Positions 1 to 12,979 of a DNA stretch of 64,000 bases are shown in pieces. The stretch is from Cirrosporium novae-zelandiae. Lineage: Eukaryota. The position numbers were made by a program, and so were the translations under genes. Below the pieces are notes generated by a model. The model searched no databases. It was not told where the DNA came from and was given only the letters and a program-made list of their open reading frames with translations. Every line of letters begins with the position of its first letter. Within the stretch, counting starts at the first letter, position 1. Location: contig JAPETS010000020.1 of the NCBI GenBank assembly GCA_026023565.1, positions 310,001-374,000 of the forward strand, in the 5' to 3' direction.

Positions 1-492
1 GTCTATTTGATTCTCCCGCCTTATTGGGATACATGTGCGGTCAAGTAATATGTAGGGTATAATGCCCAAATCGTGAATAGAAGCTTCATTGATTTATAAG
101 AGAGGGCAGAGATAGAACAAGGGACAAGGGGAGAATACGACCAGTTCGGGAATTGGAAATTGCGGGGAAATAATGTGCGGGGAAAGCTTGTGGGGATCCT
201 TTGATTCACCGTTAATTAAAGAAGTCTGTGTTGATCCTGATTTATAGTTCTTTTCTCAGAACCAATTCCCTGTGTAGGATATGATGAGGTAGAAGACTGC
301 ACAAATAAAGATGCATCGTGGGCGTTGACTAATGGACTAACAACGAGCACGGACCAGAATGCCTTCTCCTCCCCAACAAGAGAGATGATCTACGGAAATA
401 TGGAGCATTCTACAATAAACAATCATCCGTATCCAATTAACGTTAATCAATTCATATGGTATATATAAGGACCAAATACTAAATACTAGCCA

Positions 493-1905
493 CTATTCCA
501 GTGCCTTGTACACGGTCGTTTCAATGTCAGCACATAACCGAAGTACTGGCATATCTACATATGGTAAAATCTGAGAGCAGATCATTCCTGCAACTCCCTT
601 TTCCCTGTCACACCACCACCACAGGTTACATATTCCAGACCACATCGCAGTGCTAGTGGACCGTCCAGTAGCACCACCACCTGTAAGCATGAAAGTTAGA
701 CCCCAACCTTGTGGTGGGTTTCCAGGGACAGGGTAGATTTCTGGGACAGGGTTTGTAATTGGAGGCTTAGACGCGGGAATTCCCTTCCGTCCAAAGTTGG
801 GGAAGTCGGGGATTTGGTTGCGGAACATTTCATCCACAGTCGACTTCTTCAAGATCTGTACACCCTTTGTAGGCGAAGTTCCGTCATTGAGCAAGGTTGC
901 TAGAATTTCTACAGTGCCGTTAGTTATATAATTAACCGGAATCGGTGGATGCTGATAGCTTACGGCAATATTCGCGTGGATTTGCAAAAGCGCCTGCTCC
1001 TCCGCTGTTGAAGCAAGACGCGATATCTTCCTTGCTCTCAACGATCAATGGGCGCCGCAAGAGGTGGTCATGGCGGCTGAGTTTGCCATCAGAGTCGCGA
1101 GCATTCATGTGGGCCAAATTGGCTTTCATCGATTTCGTAGGCAACATGGAAATATTCTCGAGACCGAGGGGCTGCAAAATATATTTTTGCAGATAGTCAT
1201 TCAACGATAAACCAGTAACACGTTCAAGAACGATACCGGCCCAATCGATATTAACCTAGCAAAGGCAGTTTAAGTAAACGAGGTATCTGCAAAGGTGTGC
1301 ATCTGGAAAGTAATTAGGACTTACTCCATATTCCCAATCCTCTCCTGGTTGATGGACCAGTGGTTGCAGCATGTCGTACATATGACCGGAGAATTCATCA
1401 TAGCTAATGGGTTTGCTATAATCTCGCAGGTTGTCGTGGAAAAAAGTATATCCAAATCCAGCTGTTATTTCAATCAGCTTATGGCCCTTCATCATTCATA
1501 TTCTTCTTTCTCACCTGTATGCGTAAGCAGCATCCTCAAGGTAATTGATCTCTTCTTTTCCACCAAAGTCCCATCATCCTGTAGGACTTTAACCGCCTTC
1601 AACTCTGGACACAACTTCTCAACCTGTTCCCCATCGTCCAGTGCCAATTTCCCCTGCTCTACTAGCTGCATGCAAGCAATACCTACTATCATCTTTGTGC
1701 AAGATGCAATCCAGTAAACGCTATCGAGTGTCATGGGCTCAGTAGAGCCATAACCACGCCGTCCTGCTGCATGTGCGAAAAGTTCTTTTCCATCTTTACC
1801 AACAACAACAACGGTCGCACCAGGAATGCCCTTGACGTTGTCCACGCAAGCTTCTTCGGTCCTTTGGCGAAGGCTGGAGACTGTTTCGGCAGAGAATTGA
1901 CCCAT
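493..1905 (-). CDS. Beta-lactamase family (class C / LovD-like) serine esterase/transesterase, 4 exons
   Basis: Joins ORFs 1492-2013, 1256-1495, 932-1204 and 493-1041 through GT..AG introns. Motifs: SxxK (WIASCTK), LLTHTAG, PGEDWEYG, SGGAG, WSGICN.WW.DREKG. Probable ATG at 1905 (MGQFSAE). Confidence 0.9.
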
Positions 1906-4900
1906 GATGAGAGGAATATCTGTAATCTTTTCAGGAGGATATGTCAACAAATCCCAAAAATTCCTCTTTGGCTTGCGTTTCTTACGAATATATACTGCTG
2001 TAGTAACTTTCACTGAAAGCCGTGCCTGTTATCAAGGACTGCTTTGAACAAGCCATTTGTCCGCTTCTTGGTAATCGTCCTAAAAGTTACCAAAAAAGGC
2101 ATATGCGGCTCCAGATACGGTGCGGATTCCTAGGCATTGCGGATCCGCAATTGAGCTCAGAGGCGTCAGACGCCTACGCGCAATACTTCCCTACAGACTT
2201 TGAATCTTTGGCATGTGTCAAGTTGAGATTTGTTCCTCGTATCTGTTAGATAAATTTAAGGAAAAGGATGTTAGTGGGGCAGAGGATTGCGTGGGTCTTG
2301 TGGAAAGTAGGTCCGAATAATTAAAAGATATCGTTTTTATCCAATTGTACCATAAAAGCACATTCCTAGTAGCCAAGGATGCGATTGGATCCTTGGTCTT
2401 AAAAACACCATCTACTGCGTTGAGGTGGCGCGATAGCTGCTAGTAAATAAGCAAGGATATATACTTTTGTAGAACAAGCCAAAACTTACCATGCTCTCGA
2501 TGGATCCATCAATGCTTCTTCTCCATTCCAAGCTACCTTAACCCTTTTAATACCCTGAAACCATCGTCAGAGTGTCCGGTGCGCACATGGCACATATGGC
2601 GTGTTATTATTATCGTGATGGTCTATCTGTTTTCGCTGTCAAAAGTAAGAATCAACCCAGTAGAAAATAAATGTCAAGTACTAATCCAGTGTCTGGTAGT
2701 CAGATGACTTTGTAGACCCCAACCTTTTACCTTTTACTCTCTACACCGTTTTTCTATATGCTCATATCTACCCGTAGCTCATTATCCTTCAACCTTGCAT
2801 GGTTGTCTATCCACGCCATTTCTTGAGCGTTCAATTCCGACATCCTCCATTGCTACGCTCACTTTATCTCTCCTTCCCTCTTCTTCTTTATCTCAACGCT
2901 TAACACCGTCGGTCCATATGTCTTCAGGTCTATTTCTTGGTTCTTATTTATATATCTCTAGGTTTTTTTCACATCTACTGGATGAAGATGGCCTATGTCA
3001 TATGTCAAATTGACTTGCCATAAGACGTCAACAGTTGGATGAAATTTGAATAGGATGAACTCCATAATGAAATTCTATTAGCATAGGTTATCATCATATA
3101 GATACCTAGGTAGTTGTGCCTCACCTCAAGATGAAAGTTTTCCGCTTTAGGAGGTACCCACACAAGCTTATTCCCTACTTTGGACATCCAAGGGGAAGAA
3201 ACCAATAATAATGATTATTCAAAAGAGGACTTTACCCGGATAGATCATGGGCAATGGAGCATGGTTCCTAATAAATTTTGTTTGACAATGGATAATGGCT
3301 GTGGCTTCGGTGTCCCACAATTAATGTGAATTTACCTCATCCTTGTTGCGATAAACTCATAATCCCGGGATGCAAAGACATGGATACCAGCAATTCCATA
3401 TCCCTTCCAACATCTCCAGTAAGCCAGGAGCCTAGAAGTGGAATGTAGACCCGACGACTATATCGTATGAGATTTAGCAATGGAAATCGTCGTATTTACT
3501 ATCTGACCTGCACAGCCTATAATATAATATATTGAGTAATAATGAATATATATACTCACTTTGATGAGAGGCTCGCATGAGAGCGAATTTTGAAAAGGAT
3601 AGAATAACCCTAGGAATAGTATTGGATGATACTAGTCGTTAATATGATATCAGACTCGATGGCTAAAAGATCAATTTGATAAATAGAGCATGTTGTATGC
3701 ATAATTCTTAGATTAGCTGTCCCTCATCCTGAACGTCTTTAAATCCGAAGAGATAGACCACTTTAGAAGCTACCTACCGTTACCGTTAGTGTGGAACCAA
3801 AGCCCCCATAGGCTTCATCAAATAAATAGGAATAATATAATGCAAATAAACTCCACTGAAATAAGCCTGGAGGAGGTCTTGCATAAAGAAATAGCCGCTG
3901 AACGCTAGGCTAGGCAGGTGTTGCTTCACAGCGCATGTAATTAATGGCATGCGCCAGCAGAGCGCATCACTGGTTGAAAGGTAGCGAATGCATAAAGCCC
4001 GGCTCAAAACATGAAGCTATTTTTATATTCTTAGATACCCACTGAAAAATGGTACAAACAAATCGTTGTATGTCCAGTTTGAATCTGGAATCCTTGACCA
4101 GATATTCATTAACAGTGAACGATAAAATGCAAAGCACATAGATAGAAATGTCATATCTATTTCGAAGGGCAAGTGTCCCTCCATGATTCTTTTATAATGT
4201 CCCCACATCATAACGCAATATTCACCCTCTTCTGATATTGGTTGGATCTAATCCAGTCTTCATAACCACCAATCATTTAACCTGTGTCACATCAATATAT
4301 TGCATTGGCTTATCTGCACGAGTCTCTTTTTCCCATCAGGCGGTATTTTTATATTCATATCGAGGAGAGTCTAGATTTGCTTCTTCTCGAATGGTAGTGA
4401 ATTCCTGGCGATGAGTTCACGGGAAGGCTTTGCGGATTGCGACATGTATGGAGCTTTCTAAATGGAATTCTAGCCGTTATCGAAGCAACTGGGCGAAAGC
4501 TGCGAGTACTCGAGTATAAGTTGTTGGTTGAAAGCTAGACAAATGAACTAGCTGTGTTAGCTAGAGTTGTAAGGATAAATTAAAGCTTCATTGTTATTGA
4601 AAATAGAGGTAATTCTTGATCTCATTGTGCGACGGGAAAGACGGAGGACGCATGGGTGTCACGAAAGGGTTGAAAGCCGTAAATGCTAAGAAATTAGGGC
4701 TTCTAGGCGAGAGGTACGCACCACTACACCTAATTCACTTCCCCGGAACCCCCGCCTGGTACCTTTATCTTCTCCAACCTTGCAGTCTGTACCAACGAAC
4801 TACCTCAGAACACGATCCTTTCCCACTACTTACCAAGTACAATACATGTTTTTTTATGTCTTTTGCGACTTGATGTTTCCAGAAGAGGTAGCCCAGCATT

Positions 4901-5758
4901 TTCAGAAACAATGTCTCATCCAACGGAACCAAACGTTTGCTTTCTGGATATCATTGGGCCAACCATGCTCCTACAAAAAGGTAACAAATGGTCAGATTTA
5001 ACATGAATAATTTGTTTACAGAATGATTGGATTAAATCCTGGAGCAAGGTGAGACCGAGATTCAAGTGTTAAGCAGAGATAGAACCCACGAAGTCGCACC
5101 GGAGATTACACAATAATCCCATCAAATAAAAGGACAGGAAGACAAAGTGCAATCAAACATCCTTGATGTCATGGTGCACATTGATATGCTGGTTAAAGGG
5201 AAAGGGTCAAGAAATGTTGACAGACATGCAATATGCAGCAGACCCTTCCCCACCTATCTACGGTCATCTGCCATGGATGGATATGCTCCCCCGGAAATAT
5301 AATTCATCTTGATATTACCTTTTCAGCACGGGGACTCTGGAGATAGGTTAGAAAGATCCTCGATCGACATTATGATTAATCAATAACCCCTACAGTTCTC
5401 GGATCAACCCTTTGACGGCATCTTTGTCTTTCCCCACGGCTCATTCAGGTACAGGACGGTATATTTTTTATGGATCCGTCGAGGTCATTTCTCAACTATT
5501 AGAACTAAAGAGTGTCATCCCCATGATTCACGAGGCTGTCTTGCTAAGAGCAAGATAATTTCGATTTTATCTACCCTTGTCAAGGTTACGCTCGTTTTCA
5601 GCAAAAGGATCCCACCGAGAACACATTTCCTATCATTCTTTCATGTCTTTAAGATAGAGGATAGAATTGCAAAACTATTTTTCATTTCTAATCTTTCTTT
5701 AAGCACGGTATTAGCTCTATCACTCATTCACTTTTGATGTTACAATACTAGCAGAATC

Positions 5759-8313
5759 ATGGAAGCTCTTATAATCACGGTTCTTTTCGCGCTCGTCTTT
5801 CTTAGGGTAGAGGCAGATCCAACCTATTCGCCGGGTCGAGCTCCAGCTTTGCCCCTTGCAGTTCGATCTCCCTACACCAGTGCATGGAGTACTACAGCCT
5901 CAAATGGAACTTTGAACAGCAATAGCGTCATGTTTTGGCCTGGTAATGACGTTGGCTGGGAAGGCATAGTCAGTGTCGATGGGATATTCTACGAGTACCT
6001 TGGGATAGGCTCTAAGAATCTACCGAATCTTACGGATTTGACATCTGCAACTCCCTTGACAGTCAGTTATGACTCGCAATATTCAAATTTCACCTTTGCA
6101 GCTGGTCCCGTTACAGTTGAAGCAAGCTTCTTCTCCTCAGTCATTCCCAAGGATCTCTGTAGGACAAGCATTCCGTTGAGCTATTTCACCGCTTCGGTAG
6201 TCTCAACAGACTCTGCGCCACATGACATTCAATTTTATAGCGACGTCAATGCGGCCTGGATAACCTATGAATCCGATGTGGTGGTAGAATGGGATCTCTA
6301 TGAAGGAAGTACGCTTGTCAATGGCACAAATTCGACCGGACAGTCTTCTCCAATCTTTAGCTGGCTCGTTCATTTGCAGCAAGCGTATGAATTTTCCGAG
6401 AACAACCAATTTCCAGGATGGGGAAATTTTACATATTCTTCTACCAAAGGCCAAGCCAAGGCTTTCACATACGAAAGCGGTTTCTCAACAGACCTTCGTT
6501 ATAGGTTTGTGACGTATGAGAACCTACAGAACACCATTGACCAAAGGGCTCGGGGTTCAGGTGATCAAGAACCGGTATTTGCATTTTCCCATGACTTTGG
6601 TTCTGTAACCTCTGCTTCGGTACTATACACGATTGGATCAGTTCAACAACCAATAATTCGGTACTTGACTTGTGGTGGGGTGCTTCCTCTACAACCTTGG
6701 TGGGAATCTTGCTATGGCGATATTTATCAAATGATCAACTATCATTATAACGATTTCGCCAGCAGCGCTGCTTTGGGGGCAGCATTCGAATCGCAACTGA
6801 AGACCGATATCGACAAGTACTACCGTACTGAGGACGTCAAGGTATTCAGTAATAATAGTAATCCCGGTCGTGATCCGGTGTACTACCCCAATGGCACTAA
6901 GGGATTCATCCAGAGCACCGACCAGTTTGGACAAGAATATATCTTCAACCCTAATGATGGATTTGGTTTCTTGGATCCCAATAATTTCAGCGGTATAGCA
7001 ACTCCTGATGTTATGGAAGCGGAGTCCTATTATTCAATTGTCGCTCTATCTACCCGCCAGGTCATGGGCGCTTATGTTCTTGCTGTGCCTCCAGATCTCT
7101 CTTGTTTAAATAATTCGGACCCATCGGTCCCCCTAATGTTTCAGAAAGAAATATCCTCGGATGGAAACGTCAATACCGTCGATGTTATGTATCCAGCCAT
7201 GCCTTTCTTCCTATACGCAAATCCAGAACTTCTCAAGTATAACATGAACCCACTTTACCAGAACCAGGAATCTGGATTTTATCCCAATGGATACTCGATG
7301 CATGATTTAGGATCAAATTTCCCTAACGCAACAGGTCATGTCGAAGGAGACGACGAATATATGCCCGTGGAAGAAAGTGGCAACATGATTTTGATGACGT
7401 ATGCTTACTACAAATTTTCTGGAGACTCGTCCTATCTATCACAACACTATGCCAAGATGAACCAGTGGGCCCAGTATCTTCTAGAGTATAGTTTAATCCC
7501 AAGTAACCAACTTAGCACAGGTCAGTGTTCCTCTTTCCTGTTTCACTAAATTGACTCACAAATACTATAGACGATTTCGCCGGCACACTTGCAAACCAAA
7601 CAAATCTCGCACTAAAAGGTATCGTAGCCATCAAGGCCATGGCAGAGATTGCCAGCATTGTCGGCGCATCCTCAGATGCGGCCAACTTTTCCACAACAGC
7701 TGCAAATTATACTTCTCAATGGGAAGGGTTTGCCATCGATCCATCAGGGAACCACACCCTCCTAGCATACCAGTCCCGCTCCTCCTGGGGTCTATTATAT
7801 AACCTTTACCCGGACAAGCTCCTCAACCTTGGTACAATCCCCCAGTACATCTATGACATGGAAAGCAACTGGTACCCCACGGTATCGCAAATCTTCGGCG
7901 TCCCGCTCGATAGCAGACACTCCTACACGAAATCTGACTGGGAAATGTGGACAGCAGCGGTCTGCTCGCAGAGCACACGGCGTCTAATCATTGATGCGTT
8001 GGCTTACTGGTTGAACGAAACGACCACAAACCTGGCTTTTACGGACCTTTATGACACTATTACTGGAGTTTATCCGGTTAGCGATGGAAGCACGATCGAG
8101 TTTATTGCGAGGCCGGTGCAGGGTGGACAGTTTGCGCTGCTGGCATTGGGTGCTGAGGGAGAGACTGCGACTACGGGGACTGGTAGTAATAGTACGGTTC
8201 AAGTACGAAGGGCGGATGCTTTGCAAAGGAGGACTGCTGCTGCATCACGGCGTGGAAAACCTTTACGAATGCCACCTATCGCTGAGGCAAAAATCGCTGA
8301 TATTAACTCATAA
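5759..8313 (+). CDS. gtaA: Secreted glutaminase GtaA-family protein (DUF5127/DUF4965/DUF1793 architecture), copy 1
   Basis: Signal peptide; PALPLAVRSPY, KEISSDGNVNTVDV, HDLGSNFPNATGH, MPVEESGN, STDDFAG, YNLYPDKLL, TKSDWEMW, ARPVQGG. One intron 7521-7570. Confidence 0.9.
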
Positions 8314-9438
8314 TAAGCAACGCTCACTCAACAATTTAGGTCATATCATGTCATAAAGCCAGATCTAGAAATAACTATACGCATAATTTATCCAATACAA
8401 TTTACACAACTCTTACCTTTTATCTAGCCTAACACTTCCCAAGAGATTTTGTAACGTTCAAACACAGAAACCAACTATTGAGCCTGTACTGGCTGGACAT
8501 TTAATCCTCTAAACTTAAAGCCCTTACCCTTCAAATTTCATCTACACGAGTTCCATTAACCTTAATATCAAACGAACTATAGTAACTCCAGCTCTCCAAC
8601 TCTCTCCAACTAACTTCGTGATGAACCAATCAATCAATCAATTAATTAATAACTCATATCCTTATCCTCATCCTCATCCTTAACGGTTAGTTGGTTTGTA
8701 TAGCAAGTAGGAAAGGGAAGTAAGACCATTCATTTTATACACTAATTATTCTAATTTTATGCACGCACTCTATAAGTATACTGTCCTGTACGGGCATTAA
8801 TTAATGAGTAATTCGTCTATCGGATCCCGCTAATTAATTAAGAGAGCGATCGGGATCGGGATCGGGATCGGGATCAGAATTGTTGGACCCGGGTATACGT
8901 ACGGGTATACATAGGGGTTACGCACGAGCCTGAGTCTTGCATGTGCGGTGGAATTAATAATAACCTCGGATAATTAGTCGGATTTAGATTCGGATTCGGG
9001 TTTGAGTTGTGTGGGCGATGGTTAGTTAGGAGGGAAGGATAGGAAGGAGTTCAGTTTTTTTTTGGTATTGGGTAGAGAGTTAACAAATTAGAAGGCAAGC
9101 CAAAAGGACATGGGACACACCCCAGTGTTAGGATATATCTATAACCCCTACAATAGCTAATTGCGCGGTAACAGTTTGCTTTATAACATTCTTATCTAAT
9201 TACTATTACTGGAAGGTTGGTTGGTATATCTAAAGTGGTTTTGATCTGGGCAGAAATCTATTTGTTGGTACAGTACATACATAAATCATTGATGATATCC
9301 TCCTATCCATAGCGACATGCCCCCCCCCCCTTTTAATACAAATGCTTTTGTCCAAGCCATGCATAGTACAATAGGGAAACTAAAATGCCCCCCCCCCTAA
9401 ACTCCAACCCCTTTTCCAAAAGAAAAAAAAATATAACC

Positions 9439-10790
9439 CTATCGTGTACAAGGCTCCATCCTCTTCTTAAACTCTTCCACACGCTCCATCATCCATCCAG
9501 CTACATACCCCCTTTTATATTCCTCCTGTGGCTTCCCGAGCCGGATATCCTTGCCTAGTCGGCACCGCTTAGGTGAAAACAAGTACTGGATACAGTTTGG
9601 TTGGTCCTGACAGGCAGCACGGCAGGCTTCGAGGGTGTGTTTGGGTGAGAGGGTTGGTTGCCAGTCGTGTGAGAGATTGTCCCAGTCTAGAATTTTTGAG
9701 GAGAGTGAAGGTTCGATGAGGTGGTTGAAGACATCGCCGTGACGCATTAGGCTTGGAGAGGACTGTTTTTGCGATGTTAGTGGGGTTGAAGTTGGGTTTG
9801 AGGTCGGATGTGCTCTCCAGGTGGTTTACTTACGTTGCGCTTGATCCAGTCCTGTTCAAAGTGCCACATGGACGTGAGATCTTCTGAAGACATGTGATGG
9901 TAAGTCATAACAGGATGGCAGTACTGTCTTCTAGTGTAATCAAGAGATGACGGGGTCTCGCCTTGAAAGCTCGGCCACGACGATAGGAGAGTTATGTTCA
10001 CTTCTTCAAGCACCTTTGCCATTACGAAATCTCCCGCCCATTCCCGGGCAGTCATCTCATTATACCGTTGCGTTCTGCCTACCATATGCTCGGTAACTAT
10101 ACGCAAGGCAGCGTTCGAAAGAACATATCCAGAACCACCATGGGCAAAGGGTTGGTCCGTAATGTAGTTCAGGCACCCGATGTAATAGGGGACGGTCGGG
10201 TCAAACTGTTGAAGCCACTGCAGAAGATTGGACCAGACCAGGTAGGTGTCTGCCTCGATAAACACAAACCACTTTGCGTCTGGCATCGTCTTCCAAGCTT
10301 CATTAAGGATAGGCAGGAACTTCCATTTGTCCAAGTTCCAGGCTTCTTGATAATCCCATATTTCTTCTTTTATCCACTGACTGTCCGGGCCTTTGAATTG
10401 CTGCAGCTTATGATAGTGTTCAAAATCGGGGTTTGTGCGTTTGATCTCGTCGTCAACCTGCGCAAGAGCGTCGTATATGTGGTAAGGCCCAAGGTCTTGT
10501 TCTAGATCGGAATATATGGCGACATGAGGCGTACAGCGGAAAGTAGTCAAGAAATGCGTTGGCACTTTGCGATAAGCCTCCGTTGCACCCGTCTTCATTA
10601 TCACCATGATGTCGTCGGCACCAGGAAACTCGCTGCAAACAACATCTTCAGCATCAAGAGATCCTTCGACCGTCCCAGGAGACCAGCCACGGGAGACGTT
10701 TAGGATCAGGACAAGGTTGACCAACAAAAAGGCTGCTAGCCAGAGTCGAAGGGACTTAGATCGCCATGTGAGAGAAAAGAGGGAGGTCAT
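9439..10790 (-). CDS. Glycosyltransferase family 31 (Fringe / core-1 beta-1,3-galactosyltransferase-like) type II membrane protein with C-terminal Cys-rich PAN-like module
   Basis: N-terminal TM segment; KTGATE, WNLDKWKF, KWFVFIEADTY, FAHGGSGYVLS, WAGD, TYHH; C-terminal CRAAC..CIQY..C. Intron 9763-9833; probable ATG at 10790. Confidence 0.88.
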
Positions 10791-11568
10791 AGTAAAGGAA
10801 GACTTGTATGAGGGACCCAAGAGCAGGACGTCGAAGACATGATATAAACCATCTCTTCGTGTTTTGGGCTGAAACCAGGTGGGTGCTGTTGAGGATAATG
10901 ACAGAGGCCCTATAAATGGGGGTATGGGGGAATGGGAATAGGATACCCATGGCAGGCGTTTATTACCCTGTATCCAGGCTGGGGAATTGTCGCATATTAA
11001 CACGCAATTGTAATTGATTAAAGTGGAGATCAAGATGTATCAACTCAGCTTCAAGACAAGATAGGACTAGTGTGCCCTAGATTACGCGGCCAATCCCACC
11101 AGTTCATGGAGAGTCGGAAAACTTGCGCGATGCCAATAGCTGTATAAGCGCCCGGGGAAGAATCTCCGGCGGCTACTGTGAATTTGATTACATATGTAGT
11201 TACTCTACTGGTTTCAGACGACGAATCATGAATATATTGTCGCGAGATCAGCCATTGCAAAAAAACACCTAAAGGCACTTCCTCTCTCCCTGGCGCTTGT
11301 TCCAGTACTAAGCTTTTCTTCTATTTGCTTGATATCTCTGGCCCCATAAATGCCCTTCTCGACACTTCAGCAGTTGACACTGTAAATACTTTGGCCTGTT
11401 GCTACTATTTCAAGTCTAATATCTTATGCAGGTTCAACATGATAACCGCTGCTGTGCCGCATTTGGTGATGTTTGCTGGCCCAGACTTGATTTATTATTG
11501 TTATTACTTCCCTTGCGCGCTTTTCATGTCGGCTGCTCACAAAACCCCTCTCTCCTTTCGCTATCATC

Positions 11569-12516
11569 ATGCGGTCTCTGTTTTTCTTCATGTTTTCTGT
11601 CCTCCCTTTTCTCGTACACCAAAGTAAAGCTGAGAGTTCTACGGTGTATGCAGATGGCAACTTTACCTTTCCTGACCGTTTTCCTCTCTCATTCCAAGAA
11701 GGGACCACTATGGATATAACCTGGACCACAGTCTATACGCGAAGCAATCTTTTTATTTCCCAGTATGATCATGACGCCAAATCTGTTTCTATAGCCAGTA
11801 TGCTCTTCACTGCAAAAGATAGCAGAATCACCCTAAAGTTTCAGCCATTAACAAAGAATTACAAACCAGGCAATCAAAAGGCGACATCATTTTCCTAGGT
11901 AGTCGAGACAGCCTACGAGAACCTCACCCTACCATTCCACTTTCACATCGTCGATACCAAAGGGACTGAAAAGGAGCAAGTACTCGGAGGATTCTGGAGT
12001 ACAGGATTCTACATCCTCCGCGACTCGGCCTCCACGACGACGAGCATAATAAGCAGTTCTATCGCGGCTATTCCCACTGCCAGTTCCACAATAATATTCC
12101 CCATAACCTCTGTTCCCCAATCCGAAGCCTCCACGGCCTCCACCACTCTAACACCCACATCCACACCAATTATTCCCAAAGGCACCGGCATGTCCCTTAG
12201 CACAAAGATCGGTCTGGGTGTCGGGATCGGTATCGGAGTACCCATCTTAATATCCCTTGCTGCCCTCGCCTTCTTCTGCGGCCGCCGGATCCATAGAAAC
12301 ACCACCACGACAGATACCCCCTTAATTTTCCAGAATCAGGCACCGCTCTCATATCCAGACCAAACACAGTTATCGCGGTTCCCGTTTTCCCGGCCGCCAA
12401 TTGCAAGGGTGGTGCAGGACTGTCCCTTTGGGTTAGCGGATCGGAATTCGGTGTCGGGACATGAGTTGGATAGTAAGGAGCAGAAGTACTATAGTGGGAG
12501 TGTGCGTCCGAAATGA
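11569..12516 (+). pseudogene. Mid2-like cell-surface protein (signal peptide, Ser/Thr stalk, single TM) with an in-frame TAG
   Basis: ORFs 11569-11898 and 12190-12516 share a frame; in-frame intron 11798-11869. A single TAG at 11896-11898 (FS*VV) is followed by open sequence GGFWSTGFYI, a Ser/Thr-rich stalk and the TM IGLGVGIGIGVPILISLAALAFF. Confidence 0.65.
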
Positions 12517-12979
12517 TATTTTATGACAACAATAAAAATATGCATAATTATTTATATATATTACAACCTATTATAACGCTTAGGATAAGGGCGCTATGGC
12601 TCAAATATAGATGTATAACTAGATGTGAATATGATAGGAGAGATGGGGGAGAGGTGAGGAAGTTGATTTATCACATAATACTAGTATAGGCATCAGTGTC
12701 ACTCTCCTCTCTTCTTCCGTTGGTGCTTTGTGCTTTGTGCTATGCTTTGATGGATGTCTTTGAGGTTGGTCGTGGCTTGTGGGTGGGGGGGCATAGGTAA
12801 AGGCCATTCATGCATGCATTCACTTCCTAAAAGCTAACAGAAAAGAACAATTGATACATATTACCCCACCCAGTGCGACCGATCTCAATCCCAATCACCA
12901 GCGCCCTTCTTGGTACAGCTGAGTTTTCAAGGCTTGTTAAGGATGTTCAGCTAGCTGCCTGCCCCTGCCCCCGCCGCGC

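Noticed and set aside
493..1905. LovD acyltransferase of a statin-type cluster
   Set aside because: The motifs support only the general beta-lactamase/esterase family, and there is no PKS in the window.
8849..8876. CRISPR-like or otherwise functional repeat (GGGATC)n
   Set aside because: Simple hexamer microsatellite without spacers, in a eukaryotic context.
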